Shown: positions 10,504-20,149 of the stretch, one piece after another
Layout: each line of letters opens with the position of its first letter
Position numbering within the stretch: the first letter of the stretch is position 1
DNA from: Thermodesulfobacteriota bacterium
GTDB lineage: Bacteria; Desulfobacterota_D; UBA1144; Nemesobacterales; Mycalebacteriaceae
NCBI GenBank assembly: GCA_965198945.1
Contig: CBDAQI010000012.1
Span: 42,910-106,909, forward strand
Reading direction: 5' to 3'
DNA length: 64,000 bases
The notes under the pieces: model-generated
What the model saw: the letters and a program-made list of their open reading frames with translations, nothing else
What the model was told of the DNA's origin: nothing
The model's database searches: none
Translations under genes and position numbers: made by a program

Positions 10504-11286
10504 TCACAGGCCGAGCACCTCCTTCATTCCGTATATCCCCGCGGGTTTTCCGTAAATCCATCTTGCGGCCCTGAGCGCCCCGGTGGCAAATATTTCTCTG
10601 TTGCGCGCCCTGTGTGAAAATTCAAGCCTTTCACCGTTGCCAAGGAAGAAAACCGTGTGGTCTCCGGGCATGTCACCCCCTCTGATGCTCTGTATGCCTA
10701 TCTCGCTTTTCTTCCGCGGCGCCGTGTTTTCCCTTCTTGAATAAATCGCTGAGTTTTCAAGGGTCAGGTTTCTTGCTTCAGCCGCCGTGCGCGCAAGGGC
10801 GAGGGCGGTTCCGCTGGGTGAGTCAATTTTCGCCGAGTGGTGCGCTTCAAGAACCTCTATGTCAAAATCATCTCCCAGTTTTTTTGAAGCGAGCGAAACA
10901 ATCCGTTCAAGCAGATTGACTCCGATGCTCATGTTCGGTGAGAGCACACAAGGGAAACTCTTCGCCGTTTCCGCAAGTTCGTTTTTTTCTTCCGTCGTAA
11001 ATCCGGTTGTTCCGACCACAAGGGCTTTGCCCGTCTCCGCGCAGTAGCGCGCATGGCTGAGGGTGGCTTGCGGAGAAGTGAAATCCACAATTACATCCGC
11101 CTTCTCTGATGCTTCTTCAATGCTGTCCGATATTTTTTTTCCACCGATCTTTCCGCCGATTCGGTCATGCCCTTTTCTTTCGTAAAGACCCGTGATTTCA
11201 ATGTCCGGCGCCTTTGCGGTTTCCGAAATCACGGCTCCGCCCATGCGCCCCGCCGCCCCCGCTACGGATATTTTAATAATTTCCAT
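10504..11286 (-). CDS. dapB: 4-hydroxy-tetrahydrodipicolinate reductase
   Basis: N-terminal Rossmann motif KISVAGAAGRMGGAV. The protein is 260 aa. Confidence 0.85.
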   Translation of the reverse strand: MEIIKISVAGAAGRMGGAVISETAKAPDIEITGLYERKGHDRIGGKIGGKKISDSIEEASEKADVIVDFTSPQATLSHARYCAETGKALVVGTTGFTTEEKNELAETAKSFPCVLSPNMSIGVNLLERIVSLASKKLGDDFDIEVLEAHHSAKIDSPSGTALALARTAAEARNLTLENSAIYSRRENTAPRKKSEIGIQSIRGGDMPGDHTVFFLGNGERLEFSHRARNREIFATGALRAARWIYGKPAGIYGMKEVLGL

Positions 11287-11385
11287 TTTTACACTGCGGA
11301 AAAATTGAAGTAGAGTGATTCATTATCGCGGATTAGGTTAAACTCCACACGCGGAATTTCAAGAAAGATTTCAAGACACCCGAAA

Positions 11386-12261
11386 ATGAAGAGCATGACA
11401 GGCTTCGGAAGAAGCGAAACAGAAGTTAAGGACGGCAGGCTTATTGTTGAAGCGCGGAGCGAAAACCACAGGTTTTTTGATGCGCGTGTTCAAGTTCCCG
11501 AAACGGTGGCTTTTCTTGAATCCGACATTCTCAAACAACTGAAAAAAGTGATTTTAAGAGGCAAGGTAAAGGTTGCCGTCACATATGAAACTGAACGGGA
11601 GCTGAGTCGGGCAATAGACCCGCGCGCCGCGCGCGCCGCGCTTTCAAGTCTGAAAAAACTTCAAAACAGCTTGAATCTCAAGGGTGAAATAACCTTGGAA
11701 CACATTTTATCCCTAGGGGATTTAATCAAAGCGCCGCCTGAACGGCACCGTCCCGGCGGCAGAGAGGCGGCGGTGATAAAGAAAGCGTTTGTGAGCGCGA
11801 TTGAAAAACTGGATGAGAGCAGAAGCCGTGAGGGAAAACGCCTAAAAAAAGATCTGCTTCTGCGCTCCGGCAAATGCAAACGGACTGTGAAAGAAATCAA
11901 AAATGAGCGCGGAAAGTATGAGAAAGAAATAAAGCGCAAAATCGCCGAGAAAACCAAATCTCTGCTCAAAGATAAAAATATGGACGAGACGGGAATTTAT
12001 CAGGAAATGGCCGCCGTCGCGGAGAAGAGCGACACAACTGAAGAGATAGTCAGAATGAATTCTCATCTTTCCCGGTTTTCCGAGTTCCTGTCCAAAACCG
12101 GCCTTTCGGTCGGCAGGGAGTTGGATTTTCTCACTCAGGAAATGAACCGGGAGTCCGGAACCATTTCCGCAAAATCAAAGTCTCCGGCCATATCACATCT
12201 GGCGATTGATTTGCGGTCTGAGATAGAGAAAATGCGTGAACAGATCCAAAACGTTGAGTAG
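11386..12261 (+). CDS. yicC: YicC family protein (UPF0701, stress-induced endoribonuclease-like)
   Basis: MKSMTGFGRSE... N-terminus is diagnostic of the YicC family. The protein is 291 aa. Confidence 0.85.
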   Translation: MKSMTGFGRSETEVKDGRLIVEARSENHRFFDARVQVPETVAFLESDILKQLKKVILRGKVKVAVTYETERELSRAIDPRAARAALSSLKKLQNSLNLKGEITLEHILSLGDLIKAPPERHRPGGREAAVIKKAFVSAIEKLDESRSREGKRLKKDLLLRSGKCKRTVKEIKNERGKYEKEIKRKIAEKTKSLLKDKNMDETGIYQEMAAVAEKSDTTEEIVRMNSHLSRFSEFLSKTGLSVGRELDFLTQEMNRESGTISAKSKSPAISHLAIDLRSEIEKMREQIQNVE

Positions 12262-12352
12262 GCGGTTTTGAAACATGGGCAGGTTATGTTAGCATTGGCG
12301 GGGCTTTTCAACAGCTTTTGCTGAATTTCGGATTGTATGGAGCGGCGGAAAT

Positions 12353-13228
12353 ATGAGCGTTCTCGTTAATAAAAACACCAAAGTAATAGTTCAGGGAATC
12401 ACCGGAAGCGCCGGGCTTTTTCATGCCATGCAGTGCAGAGAATACGGGACTTCCGTTGTCGGAGGCGTAACTCCCGGAAAAGGCGGGGCCGAAGTTGAAG
12501 GGTTTCCGGTTTTTGGCACTGTTTCACAAGCCGTAAAGGAAACGGGAGCCGACGCTTCGCTGATATTTGTGCCCGCGCCCTTCGCGCTTGATTCCATGCT
12601 TGAAGCCGCCGAAGCCGGAGTGGGTTTGATAATCTGCATAACCGAGGGAATTCCGACCCGCGATGTGATGATAGTGAAAAATTTTCTCAAAAATACGGAT
12701 TCCCGCCTTGTGGGGCCGAACTGCCCGGGAGTCATAACACCGGGAGAGGCAAAAGTCGGCATAATGCCCGGATACATACATAAGCCCGGCAGGGTCGGAG
12801 TAATTTCCCGCAGCGGAACCCTGACATATGAAGCGGTCTGGCAGCTTTCCAACCTGGGCATAGGGCAGTCCACATGCGTGGGTATAGGCGGAGACCCGAT
12901 TATAGGAACAACTTTTACCGACGCGCTGGGATTGTTTGAAAATGACCCTGACACCGATGCCATAGTGCTCATCGGTGAGATAGGGGGAAGTGATGAGGAA
13001 GAGGCCGCTGACTACATAAAAGACAAGGTAACCAAACCCGTAGCCGCTTTTGTCGCCGGGGCGACCGCGCCTCCGGGTAAAAGGATGGGCCATGCGGGCG
13101 CCATTATTTCATCAAGTTCTGGCGCCGCGGAGGACAAATTCCGCGCCCTTGAACTCGCCGGAGCCGCCATTTGCAGAAGCCCGGCAGAAATGGGCGAGAC
13201 TCTGAAGCTGAAAATGGAGAACGGTTAG
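12353..13228 (+). CDS. sucD: Succinate--CoA ligase (ADP-forming) alpha subunit
   Basis: [45 protein letters not shown] is near-identical in pattern to the E. coli SucD N-terminus. The protein is 291 aa. No sucC is adjacent. Confidence 0.9.
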   Translation: MSVLVNKNTKVIVQGITGSAGLFHAMQCREYGTSVVGGVTPGKGGAEVEGFPVFGTVSQAVKETGADASLIFVPAPFALDSMLEAAEAGVGLIICITEGIPTRDVMIVKNFLKNTDSRLVGPNCPGVITPGEAKVGIMPGYIHKPGRVGVISRSGTLTYEAVWQLSNLGIGQSTCVGIGGDPIIGTTFTDALGLFENDPDTDAIVLIGEIGGSDEEEAADYIKDKVTKPVAAFVAGATAPPGKRMGHAGAIISSSSGAAEDKFRALELAGAAICRSPAEMGETLKLKMENG

Positions 13229-13258
13229 TTTTCCGTTTTTGGGAAAAGAAAAGAGTTT

Positions 13259-14983
13259 TTGAAAAGAACAACAAGCATACCCTCTCTTCTCAAGAGGCAT
13301 AAACCGCAGCTTATTGCCGGGTTTCTCACTCTTTCAGCGGTTGATTTGATTCAGATGGCTATTCCGCTTGTTATCAGGCGGGCGACTGATGCGTTTACCT
13401 CAGGGGCGCCTGATGCGGCGGACATTGTAAGGGTTTGTGCTTTTTATATTTTTGGCATGGGGCTTGTAATGGCGGTTTTCCGTCTGGGATGGCGCTATTT
13501 CATAATGGGGTCGGCGCGCAAAATAGAACAAAGCCTCAGAAACGAATTTTTCTCACACATCCAGAGACTTGACATGACACATTTGTCTTCGCGAAAAGTG
13601 GGGGATTTGATGGCTCACACCGTTAATGACATAGAAACCCTCAAATTTGCCTGCGGTCTCGGTGTGCTTGTCGCATATGACGGTCTGTTTCTGCTGGTCT
13701 TCATAATGGCGGCGATGTTTCTCATATCTCCTCCGGTTGCGGCGGTGCTGTGCGTGCCGTTTTTTCTCATGATGGTTTTTGTTATAAAAGGCGGCAGGGA
13801 GATAGAGAAACGTTTCAGAAAAACCCAGGAGTCTTTTTCATCTCTCACCGAGAGCGCAAGGAGGCCCGTTCACGGCATCAAGGCCGTAAAGTCTCTGTGT
13901 GCGGAGGATTCGGAGACCGGAAATTTCCTCCGGTCAAGTATGCACTATGCTCAAAGCAACATAAACTTTGCCAGACTGTGGGCCGTGTATCAGCCCGCAA
14001 TATCGCTGTGCGTCGGAATTGCCGGAGTGTCGTTTCTTTTTCTGGGCGGCGAGCGCACTATGACCGGCTCAATGACGCTTGGGGATTTTACCGCGCTGCT
14101 TGTTTATCTGTCAATGCTGACATGGCCGATGATGGCAATGGGATGGGCTCAGGACATTCTGCGGAGAGGAAACTCTTCAATCGGCAGGCTCAACTCCATA
14201 TTCAAACTTGAGCCGGAGGCGGAAGTGACCGGGGAAGAGAATTTTCCGCGAATGAGAGGAGAAAACCTTGAGGTTTGTGGAATTGTCCATTCTCTCGGCG
14301 GCGCGAAAATTCTAAACGGCTGTTCTTTGAAAGCCGCGGCGGGCGAAACCGTCTGCATAGTCGGAAGAATGGGCTCCGGCAAATCCACGCTTGCGGCAAT
14401 AATCGGCGGAGACATTGAGCCCGATGCCGGAGATGTGCTGATTGGCGGCGGAGACACGAGGCAAATGAGCCGTAAGCAGTTGAAAAAACAGGTTGTCTGC
14501 GTTGACCGCAAAGCTTTTATCTTCAGCGGAACGGTTCGTGAAAACATAAACTTTATGAGCACCCGCCGAGAACCGCAAACCCTGAAAGCGGCGGAAATAT
14601 GCGGAATAAAAGAAGAAATTGAAAGTTTTGAGATGGGGATGGATTCAGTTCTCGGAGAGAGAGGAATCAATCTTTCCGAAGGTCAGAAACAGAGAATATC
14701 AATCTCCCGTTCAATCGTATTTGAACCGGCGGTTTTAATCCTTGATGACTCGCTTTCGTCGGTTGATCTTTCCACCGAGGCAAAAGTTATGAAAAATCTG
14801 CGGCTCTGGGCGAAAGAAACGCAAACCGTCCTGATAATTATTTCCAGCCGCACAAACTCCTCCCGCCTTGCCGACCGCATTATGGTTCTGGAAGGCGGAA
14901 GAGTGCTTGAACGGGGAACACACGAAGAACTTATTTTGAAAAACGGCATATACGCCGCCATGTACAGGATACAGGCCGGATGA
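13259..14983 (+). CDS. ABC exporter permease/ATPase fusion, subunit 1 of a heterodimeric pair
   Basis: Six-TM N-terminus plus an NBD with Walker A GRMGSGKST and a canonical signature LSEGQKQR. Walker B ILDDS has D in place of the catalytic E. Confidence 0.85.
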   Translation: MKRTTSIPSLLKRHKPQLIAGFLTLSAVDLIQMAIPLVIRRATDAFTSGAPDAADIVRVCAFYIFGMGLVMAVFRLGWRYFIMGSARKIEQSLRNEFFSHIQRLDMTHLSSRKVGDLMAHTVNDIETLKFACGLGVLVAYDGLFLLVFIMAAMFLISPPVAAVLCVPFFLMMVFVIKGGREIEKRFRKTQESFSSLTESARRPVHGIKAVKSLCAEDSETGNFLRSSMHYAQSNINFARLWAVYQPAISLCVGIAGVSFLFLGGERTMTGSMTLGDFTALLVYLSMLTWPMMAMGWAQDILRRGNSSIGRLNSIFKLEPEAEVTGEENFPRMRGENLEVCGIVHSLGGAKILNGCSLKAAAGETVCIVGRMGSGKSTLAAIIGGDIEPDAGDVLIGGGDTRQMSRKQLKKQVVCVDRKAFIFSGTVRENINFMSTRREPQTLKAAEICGIKEEIESFEMGMDSVLGERGINLSEGQKQRISISRSIVFEPAVLILDDSLSSVDLSTEAKVMKNLRLWAKETQTVLIIISSRTNSSRLADRIMVLEGGRVLERGTHEELILKNGIYAAMYRIQAG

Positions 14984-16848
14984 GCGGGGAAAAGAGCGAA
15001 AAAACAATCTTCGGCGCCATGTATGACAGAAGGATGCTGTCATGGCTGTTCGGTTTTATCAAACGGTGGAAATGGTTTCTGGCTGCTTCTTTTTTTCTTA
15101 TGACATTCGCGGCGGCTCTGGAAGTTGCGGTGCCCTACATAACCAGACAGGCCGTTGACAATTACATATCCCTGCCTCGGGTTAAAAATCCGGACGGTGA
15201 AATTGTTGATGCGTCATCACGCGGAAAAAACGGCGTTTCGTCCGAAAAATACCTTGTGGTTGACATAACTGACCCGCTTTCCGAGTCTTCAAAAATTGCG
15301 GCGCGCCATCCCGAACTTTTTGTCCGGAAGGACGGGGCGGCGCACATAAGTGGAGAAGATTTGCGCTCTTTGCCAAAACGGGAGATCAAAACGCTCAGGG
15401 CCCGTGATTCCGACGGCATATTGCGTCTGACGGCTTTGATGGCACTTTGCGTTCTGGGAATTTTTGCCTCTTCCTCACTCTCAAACTACCTGCTCAAGGT
15501 TTCCGGAGAGAGAATTATTCACGACATCAGGGACGGAACTTTCAGGCATATCATGTCTCTGCCGCAGAAATTTTTTGACGAAAATCCAACCGGCAGAATC
15601 ACAACAAGGGTTACAAACGATTTGAACTCCGTAAGCGAGATGTATTCGTCTGTGATTGTTCAAACCATTAAAGATCTGCTGGTGTTTGCGGGCGTTACGG
15701 TTGTGATGTTCCGGCTCAACTCCGAACTCGCTCTCATAATGCTCTGCATAGTGGGAGCCGCCGGTTTTGCCGCACATCTTTTCCGCAAAAAACTCAGATT
15801 TTCTCACCGCAGAATAAGACGCTCAATAGCGAGGCTTAATTCATTTGTGCAGGAAAGTGTCAGAGGAATGCGAATTATAAAAGACTACGGAAGAGAGCAG
15901 TCCAATCTGCGCAGATTTAAGAAACCGAACAGTGAAAATTTTCTCGCCAATATGGAGCAGCTATGGGTTTATGTGATTTTCCGTCCCTTTATTGAGTATG
16001 CCGCAATTGCGGCCATAGGAATTATCATCTGGTATGGAGGCGTGGGAGTTATAGAAGGCGATTTCACCGCCGGAACACTGATTGCCTTTCTCTATTACAC
16101 GAGGATGATGTTCAGACCCGTGCTTGAGATTTCGGAGAAATACAACGTTCTTCAGTCTGCCATGGCGGCGACCGAAAATATTTATGACATAAACAGGATT
16201 GACCCCGAAAGATTAGGCGGCGCCGGGTTTTCCGAAGAAGAAGGAGACCTTGAGTTTCAAAATGTCTGGTTTTCCTACGGGGATGACAAATGGGCGCTCA
16301 GGGATGTTTCTTTCAAAGTGCCTCCCGGTCAGTGGGTGGCGATAGTCGGCCTCACGGGTTCGGGCAAATCCACCATATTCAACCTGATGTTCCGTCTTTA
16401 TGAGCCGCAGAGGGGAAAGATAATTTTTAACGGCTCCGACATAGCGGAAACGGAACTGAAGCGGCTCAGAAAATGCATTGTCCCGGTTTTTCAGGAAAGA
16501 AAAGATTATGAAAAAAAAGACGATTGCGCGGTTAGTTTGTCTTCGGGTGAGGAACAGGTCAGAAACATTGAAGAGGTTTTGTCGGGCAGTCCCTCGGTGG
16601 TTATCATGGATGAGGCGACTTCCAACATGGACGCGGAAACGGAAGTGGAAACCATCAAAAAAGTCAGAGAATTGTCGCGCCGCAAAGGCTTCAGTCTCGT
16701 AACCATAGCCCACCGGCTCTCAAGCATCAGGGAAGCGGACAAAATCATGGTTGTTCACGAGGGCGGAATAGTTGAGTCCGGCACTCATGCGGAACTCATG
16801 GCGCTCGGAGGCATTTATCACTCACTGGATAAATTTGCGGGCGGCTGA
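14980..16848 (+). CDS. ABC exporter permease/ATPase fusion, subunit 2 of a heterodimeric pair
   Basis: TMD plus an NBD with Walker A GLTGSGKST and Walker B VIMDEATS. The signature is degenerate (LSSGEEQ) with an insert. The start overlaps the previous stop. Confidence 0.85.
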   Translation: MSGEKSEKTIFGAMYDRRMLSWLFGFIKRWKWFLAASFFLMTFAAALEVAVPYITRQAVDNYISLPRVKNPDGEIVDASSRGKNGVSSEKYLVVDITDPLSESSKIAARHPELFVRKDGAAHISGEDLRSLPKREIKTLRARDSDGILRLTALMALCVLGIFASSSLSNYLLKVSGERIIHDIRDGTFRHIMSLPQKFFDENPTGRITTRVTNDLNSVSEMYSSVIVQTIKDLLVFAGVTVVMFRLNSELALIMLCIVGAAGFAAHLFRKKLRFSHRRIRRSIARLNSFVQESVRGMRIIKDYGREQSNLRRFKKPNSENFLANMEQLWVYVIFRPFIEYAAIAAIGIIIWYGGVGVIEGDFTAGTLIAFLYYTRMMFRPVLEISEKYNVLQSAMAATENIYDINRIDPERLGGAGFSEEEGDLEFQNVWFSYGDDKWALRDVSFKVPPGQWVAIVGLTGSGKSTIFNLMFRLYEPQRGKIIFNGSDIAETELKRLRKCIVPVFQERKDYEKKDDCAVSLSSGEEQVRNIEEVLSGSPSVVIMDEATSNMDAETEVETIKKVRELSRRKGFSLVTIAHRLSSIREADKIMVVHEGGIVESGTHAELMALGGIYHSLDKFAGG

Positions 16849-16859
16849 GAGTTATATTA

Positions 16860-17636
16860 CTAAAAGACTTCAAACAGTTTGAGTCCCGAAAGCGCCACCG
16901 CGACCACAAGAAACCAGCGCACGGCTGACATGCCTTTTTTTACGGAAATTTTTGCTCCCCACCATCCGCCCAGAGCCGCACCCGCCGCGAGGTTGAGTCC
17001 TTTGAAAATGTCAACATTGCCGAAAAAGAAAAATATGCACAAAGCGGGAACCGTATAGATTGTGACGATGAAAATTTTGCGGGCATTGACCGAAGCGATG
17101 TTTCCGCCGACCAGATGAAAAAGAAGAGCCATAATTACCAGACCGATTCCGACCTGTATAAAACCGCCGTAAAAGCCCGCCGCCAGCATCCCCGGATAGA
17201 TAAGCCATCGGTTTTTCCCTTGTTTTTCTCCTTCGTTCCCGGTTTTCAACGAAGGAAGAAACATTGAGATTGCCACCGAAATTGTGGCCACCGCGGCTAT
17301 CTTTTTGAAAAGCCCGTCATCAATTGTCACCGCAACAAAAACACCGCATACCATTCCGGGCAAAGTAAAAAGCGAGTATTTAAGCGACTGCCGGAGTTCC
17401 AACACACGCTCTTTTGAAAAGGATGCGCAAGCGGAGATGTTCTGAATCATTATGGAAAGGCGGTTTGTTCCGTTTGCTTCAGCTCCCTCCAGTCCGAGAA
17501 AAATAAGAGCCGGAAGCGACAGCGCAGAGCCGCCGCCACTGGTAACATTTATAACTCCCACCACTATTCCCACAAGAAAAAGAAGAAGCGGATGAAATAT
17601 CAATCCTGAAATGGCTGGAAATAAAGTTTCCGGCAT
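16860..17636 (-). CDS. TauE/SafE family sulfite-exporter-like membrane protein
   Basis: 258 aa polytopic membrane protein with a repeated GGGS...P motif, typical of DUF81/TauE. Confidence 0.7.
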   Translation of the reverse strand: MPETLFPAISGLIFHPLLLFLVGIVVGVINVTSGGGSALSLPALIFLGLEGAEANGTNRLSIMIQNISACASFSKERVLELRQSLKYSLFTLPGMVCGVFVAVTIDDGLFKKIAAVATISVAISMFLPSLKTGNEGEKQGKNRWLIYPGMLAAGFYGGFIQVGIGLVIMALLFHLVGGNIASVNARKIFIVTIYTVPALCIFFFFGNVDIFKGLNLAAGAALGGWWGAKISVKKGMSAVRWFLVVAVALSGLKLFEVF

Positions 17637-18364
17637 TATTCAGCCTTGAGATGCTCCACTCCCTGAGCTCCTGAAACCAGGATGTCGGTCGTGGTTGTGA
17701 GAAAAAGACCGTGCTCAACAATTCCCGACCTCCACACCAGAGATTCGGCGATGATTTTCAAGTCGTAGATGGGCCCGAAATCACAGTCCAGTATGTAGTT
17801 TTTCTCATCCGTTTTGAAGATTCCGCCGTTTTCATCTTTTCTGAGTTCCATTGAGGCGGCGCCCAGAGAGGAGATAAACCTCCGCGCCGGTTTTACCGCA
17901 AAAGGTATTACTTCAACTGGAAGACGGCAGCGTGTTCCCAGTTTTTCCGACAATTTGCTTTGGTCAACAACTATTATGTTTCTTGAACTTTCCTGCGCCA
18001 CAACTTTTTCGCGCAGCATCGCCCCCCCCCCCCCTTTTATGACATTGAGTTTGCGGTCAACCTCGTCCGCCCCGTCTATTGTTATGTCTATGGCCTTGTC
18101 CCGGGTGAACTCGCTGTCTATTTTAAGGCCGAGAGATTTTGCGTATTTTTCAGTCTTAATTGAGCTCGGCACACAGGCTATGTTTTCAATCAGCTCCGCG
18201 CGGAACTTTTCGGCAAGATATTCAATCGCAAAGGTGGCGGCTTTGCCCGTGCCCAAACCCACCACCATGTCCGAGCAGACAAAATCAACGGCCATTGAAG
18301 CCGATCTTTTTATTGCCTCGTCCGGAACCTCCCGCCTCGGAGGTTTGCCTTTGTAAATACCCAT
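17636..18364 (-). CDS. rpiA: Ribose-5-phosphate isomerase A
   Basis: MVVGLGTGKAATFAIEYL and the conserved KGGGGAMLREK motif. The ORF extends to 18412, but the likely start is the Met at 18364. Confidence 0.88.
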   Translation of the reverse strand: MGIYKGKPPRREVPDEAIKRSASMAVDFVCSDMVVGLGTGKAATFAIEYLAEKFRAELIENIACVPSSIKTEKYAKSLGLKIDSEFTRDKAIDITIDGADEVDRKLNVIKGGGGAMLREKVVAQESSRNIIVVDQSKLSEKLGTRCRLPVEVIPFAVKPARRFISSLGAASMELRKDENGGIFKTDEKNYILDCDFGPIYDLKIIAESLVWRSGIVEHGLFLTTTTDILVSGAQGVEHLKAE

Positions 18365-18430
18365 CGGAAAACTACGTGCTTGAAATATACTGAAGACGCA
18401 AAGCGTGCTCAATGATTTTAATCAGATACT

Positions 18431-20149
18431 TCACCGGAGACCGAGCAGTTTTGCAACTTCAGAAATTCCGTTTTCAACTTCGGATACGAATTTTATCTGA
18501 ACAACTTTTCTTCCGCGGCTTTCAAGAGCTTCTCTGTCACCGAGCATCTGGGCTTCTTTGAGAGCTTCAAACGGCGCTCCCCCGCTTTCGGGCGTATCCG
18601 GCGGAACCCGAATGCCGCTCCGGCATTTGCCGCTCATCTGTATGAAAAAACCGTTTCCCCGGTCTCCCTTGTGTATTTGCCCGGAAGAGTGGAGGTAACA
18701 GGGGCCCCAATCGGCGGTAACCGTAACGCCAAATGCTTTTGAAAGAGAATAGCGAAAAGACTCAAGGGCTTCACTCATTTTTTTGTCAGAGCTGTTCAGA
18801 AACGCCTGAATTGAAAAATAACCTTCTTTTTTTCTTTCTCCGGCGTTTTTCTCAAAATACGAGCGGAGCTCACCGGCGTTGCGCAGCGAGTCCGAAGTTC
18901 TGAATTCAATGTCTCCGTGTTTGAAGTCCGGTTTGGAAAAAGGCAGCCCCCCTTTTTCACGGCGGATTTTCATAAAACGGCGCGTCTGAGATTTGGCGCT
19001 CTCCACATCGGGTTGGTCAAAAGGGTTGACTTCCCAAAGCGCTCCCAGAACCGCAACTGCCATTTCCCACCTGAAAATTTCTCCCCCGAGCGCATTTGTG
19101 TCTTCAAGAAGCGTCATCACAACCGGTGTTCCCCCGGCGGCCGTTTTCCGTGCGTGCGAGATGAGTTCCGTATCATTCTTCAGGCAGACAAAAAAAGTGC
19201 CGGGCGATTTTTCATCTCCGGAAAACGGATGCGCGACCGGCAGAACAGATCTCCCTTCTTTGCCGAGACTTTCTCCGACTATCTGCTCAATAAATCTGTC
19301 AAAACCCTCTATGGCTTTTGAACAGCGCAGATGAAAAGCGCCGCCGCCCTTTTTGCAGAAAAAGTCAACTGCCGCGGCGAGTCGCAGAGCCGTGTTAGGA
19401 TTTGCTCCTGATGCATTGCCGCTTCCCAGTTTGCCGGCCATTGCCGCGGCGGAAGAGAGAATTTTCTCCGCGTTTGCCCCTATTGCCGAGCCCGGAATCA
19501 TTCCGAACAGGGAAAGGGGTGAAAACCGTCCGCCGACTGTTTCATCTCCGGCAAACACTGTGAATCCCCGCTTTTCAGAGATTTCACAAAGCGGTGTGCC
19601 CGGGTCTGTTATTGCGGCAAATTGTTCCGCCGTTTTCCGGTCTCCGATTTTGTCGCGGCACTTCTCAAAAAAAAAGTCCGCCACGGAAACCGTCTCAATG
19701 GTTCCGCCGGATTTTGATGAGACAATAAAAAATGTTTTTGTGAAATCAATTTTCCCGCAAACTTCCGCGATTGTATCGGGAACCGTTGTGTCCAGAACCG
19801 TGAGACGCGCAGAGCCCGGGGGTGAAAAAGCTTTCCCGAAAACTTTTGACATAAGCGCGGAGCCGCCCATTGCGATGAGAACAATATCCCGGATTCCCGC
19901 CGCGCGCAGACGTTCGGCAAATTTATTGATTTCCGGCAGAGACCGGGCCGTGTTTTCCGGCAGAGAAAGCCACCCGAGCCTGTTGCCGATCAGTTCACAA
20001 TTGCCTTTCCACAGAGAACGGTCCCGCTTCCATATTCGTTCCATGATGCGGCTGAGTTCCGCATTTTCCAGTGAATTTTCAAACTCTCGGGCGCCGGCGC
20101 CGAGAAGTTCAATCCAGCCATTTTCAAGAGAATCGCTTTCGTCCGTCAT
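18431..20149 (-). CDS. pgi: Glucose-6-phosphate isomerase (SIS-domain PGI)
   Basis: 572 aa with two SIS-like halves (IVLIAMGGSALMSKVF...). The start overlaps the tkt stop. Confidence 0.75.
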   Translation of the reverse strand: MTDESDSLENGWIELLGAGAREFENSLENAELSRIMERIWKRDRSLWKGNCELIGNRLGWLSLPENTARSLPEINKFAERLRAAGIRDIVLIAMGGSALMSKVFGKAFSPPGSARLTVLDTTVPDTIAEVCGKIDFTKTFFIVSSKSGGTIETVSVADFFFEKCRDKIGDRKTAEQFAAITDPGTPLCEISEKRGFTVFAGDETVGGRFSPLSLFGMIPGSAIGANAEKILSSAAAMAGKLGSGNASGANPNTALRLAAAVDFFCKKGGGAFHLRCSKAIEGFDRFIEQIVGESLGKEGRSVLPVAHPFSGDEKSPGTFFVCLKNDTELISHARKTAAGGTPVVMTLLEDTNALGGEIFRWEMAVAVLGALWEVNPFDQPDVESAKSQTRRFMKIRREKGGLPFSKPDFKHGDIEFRTSDSLRNAGELRSYFEKNAGERKKEGYFSIQAFLNSSDKKMSEALESFRYSLSKAFGVTVTADWGPCYLHSSGQIHKGDRGNGFFIQMSGKCRSGIRVPPDTPESGGAPFEALKEAQMLGDREALESRGRKVVQIKFVSEVENGISEVAKLLGLR

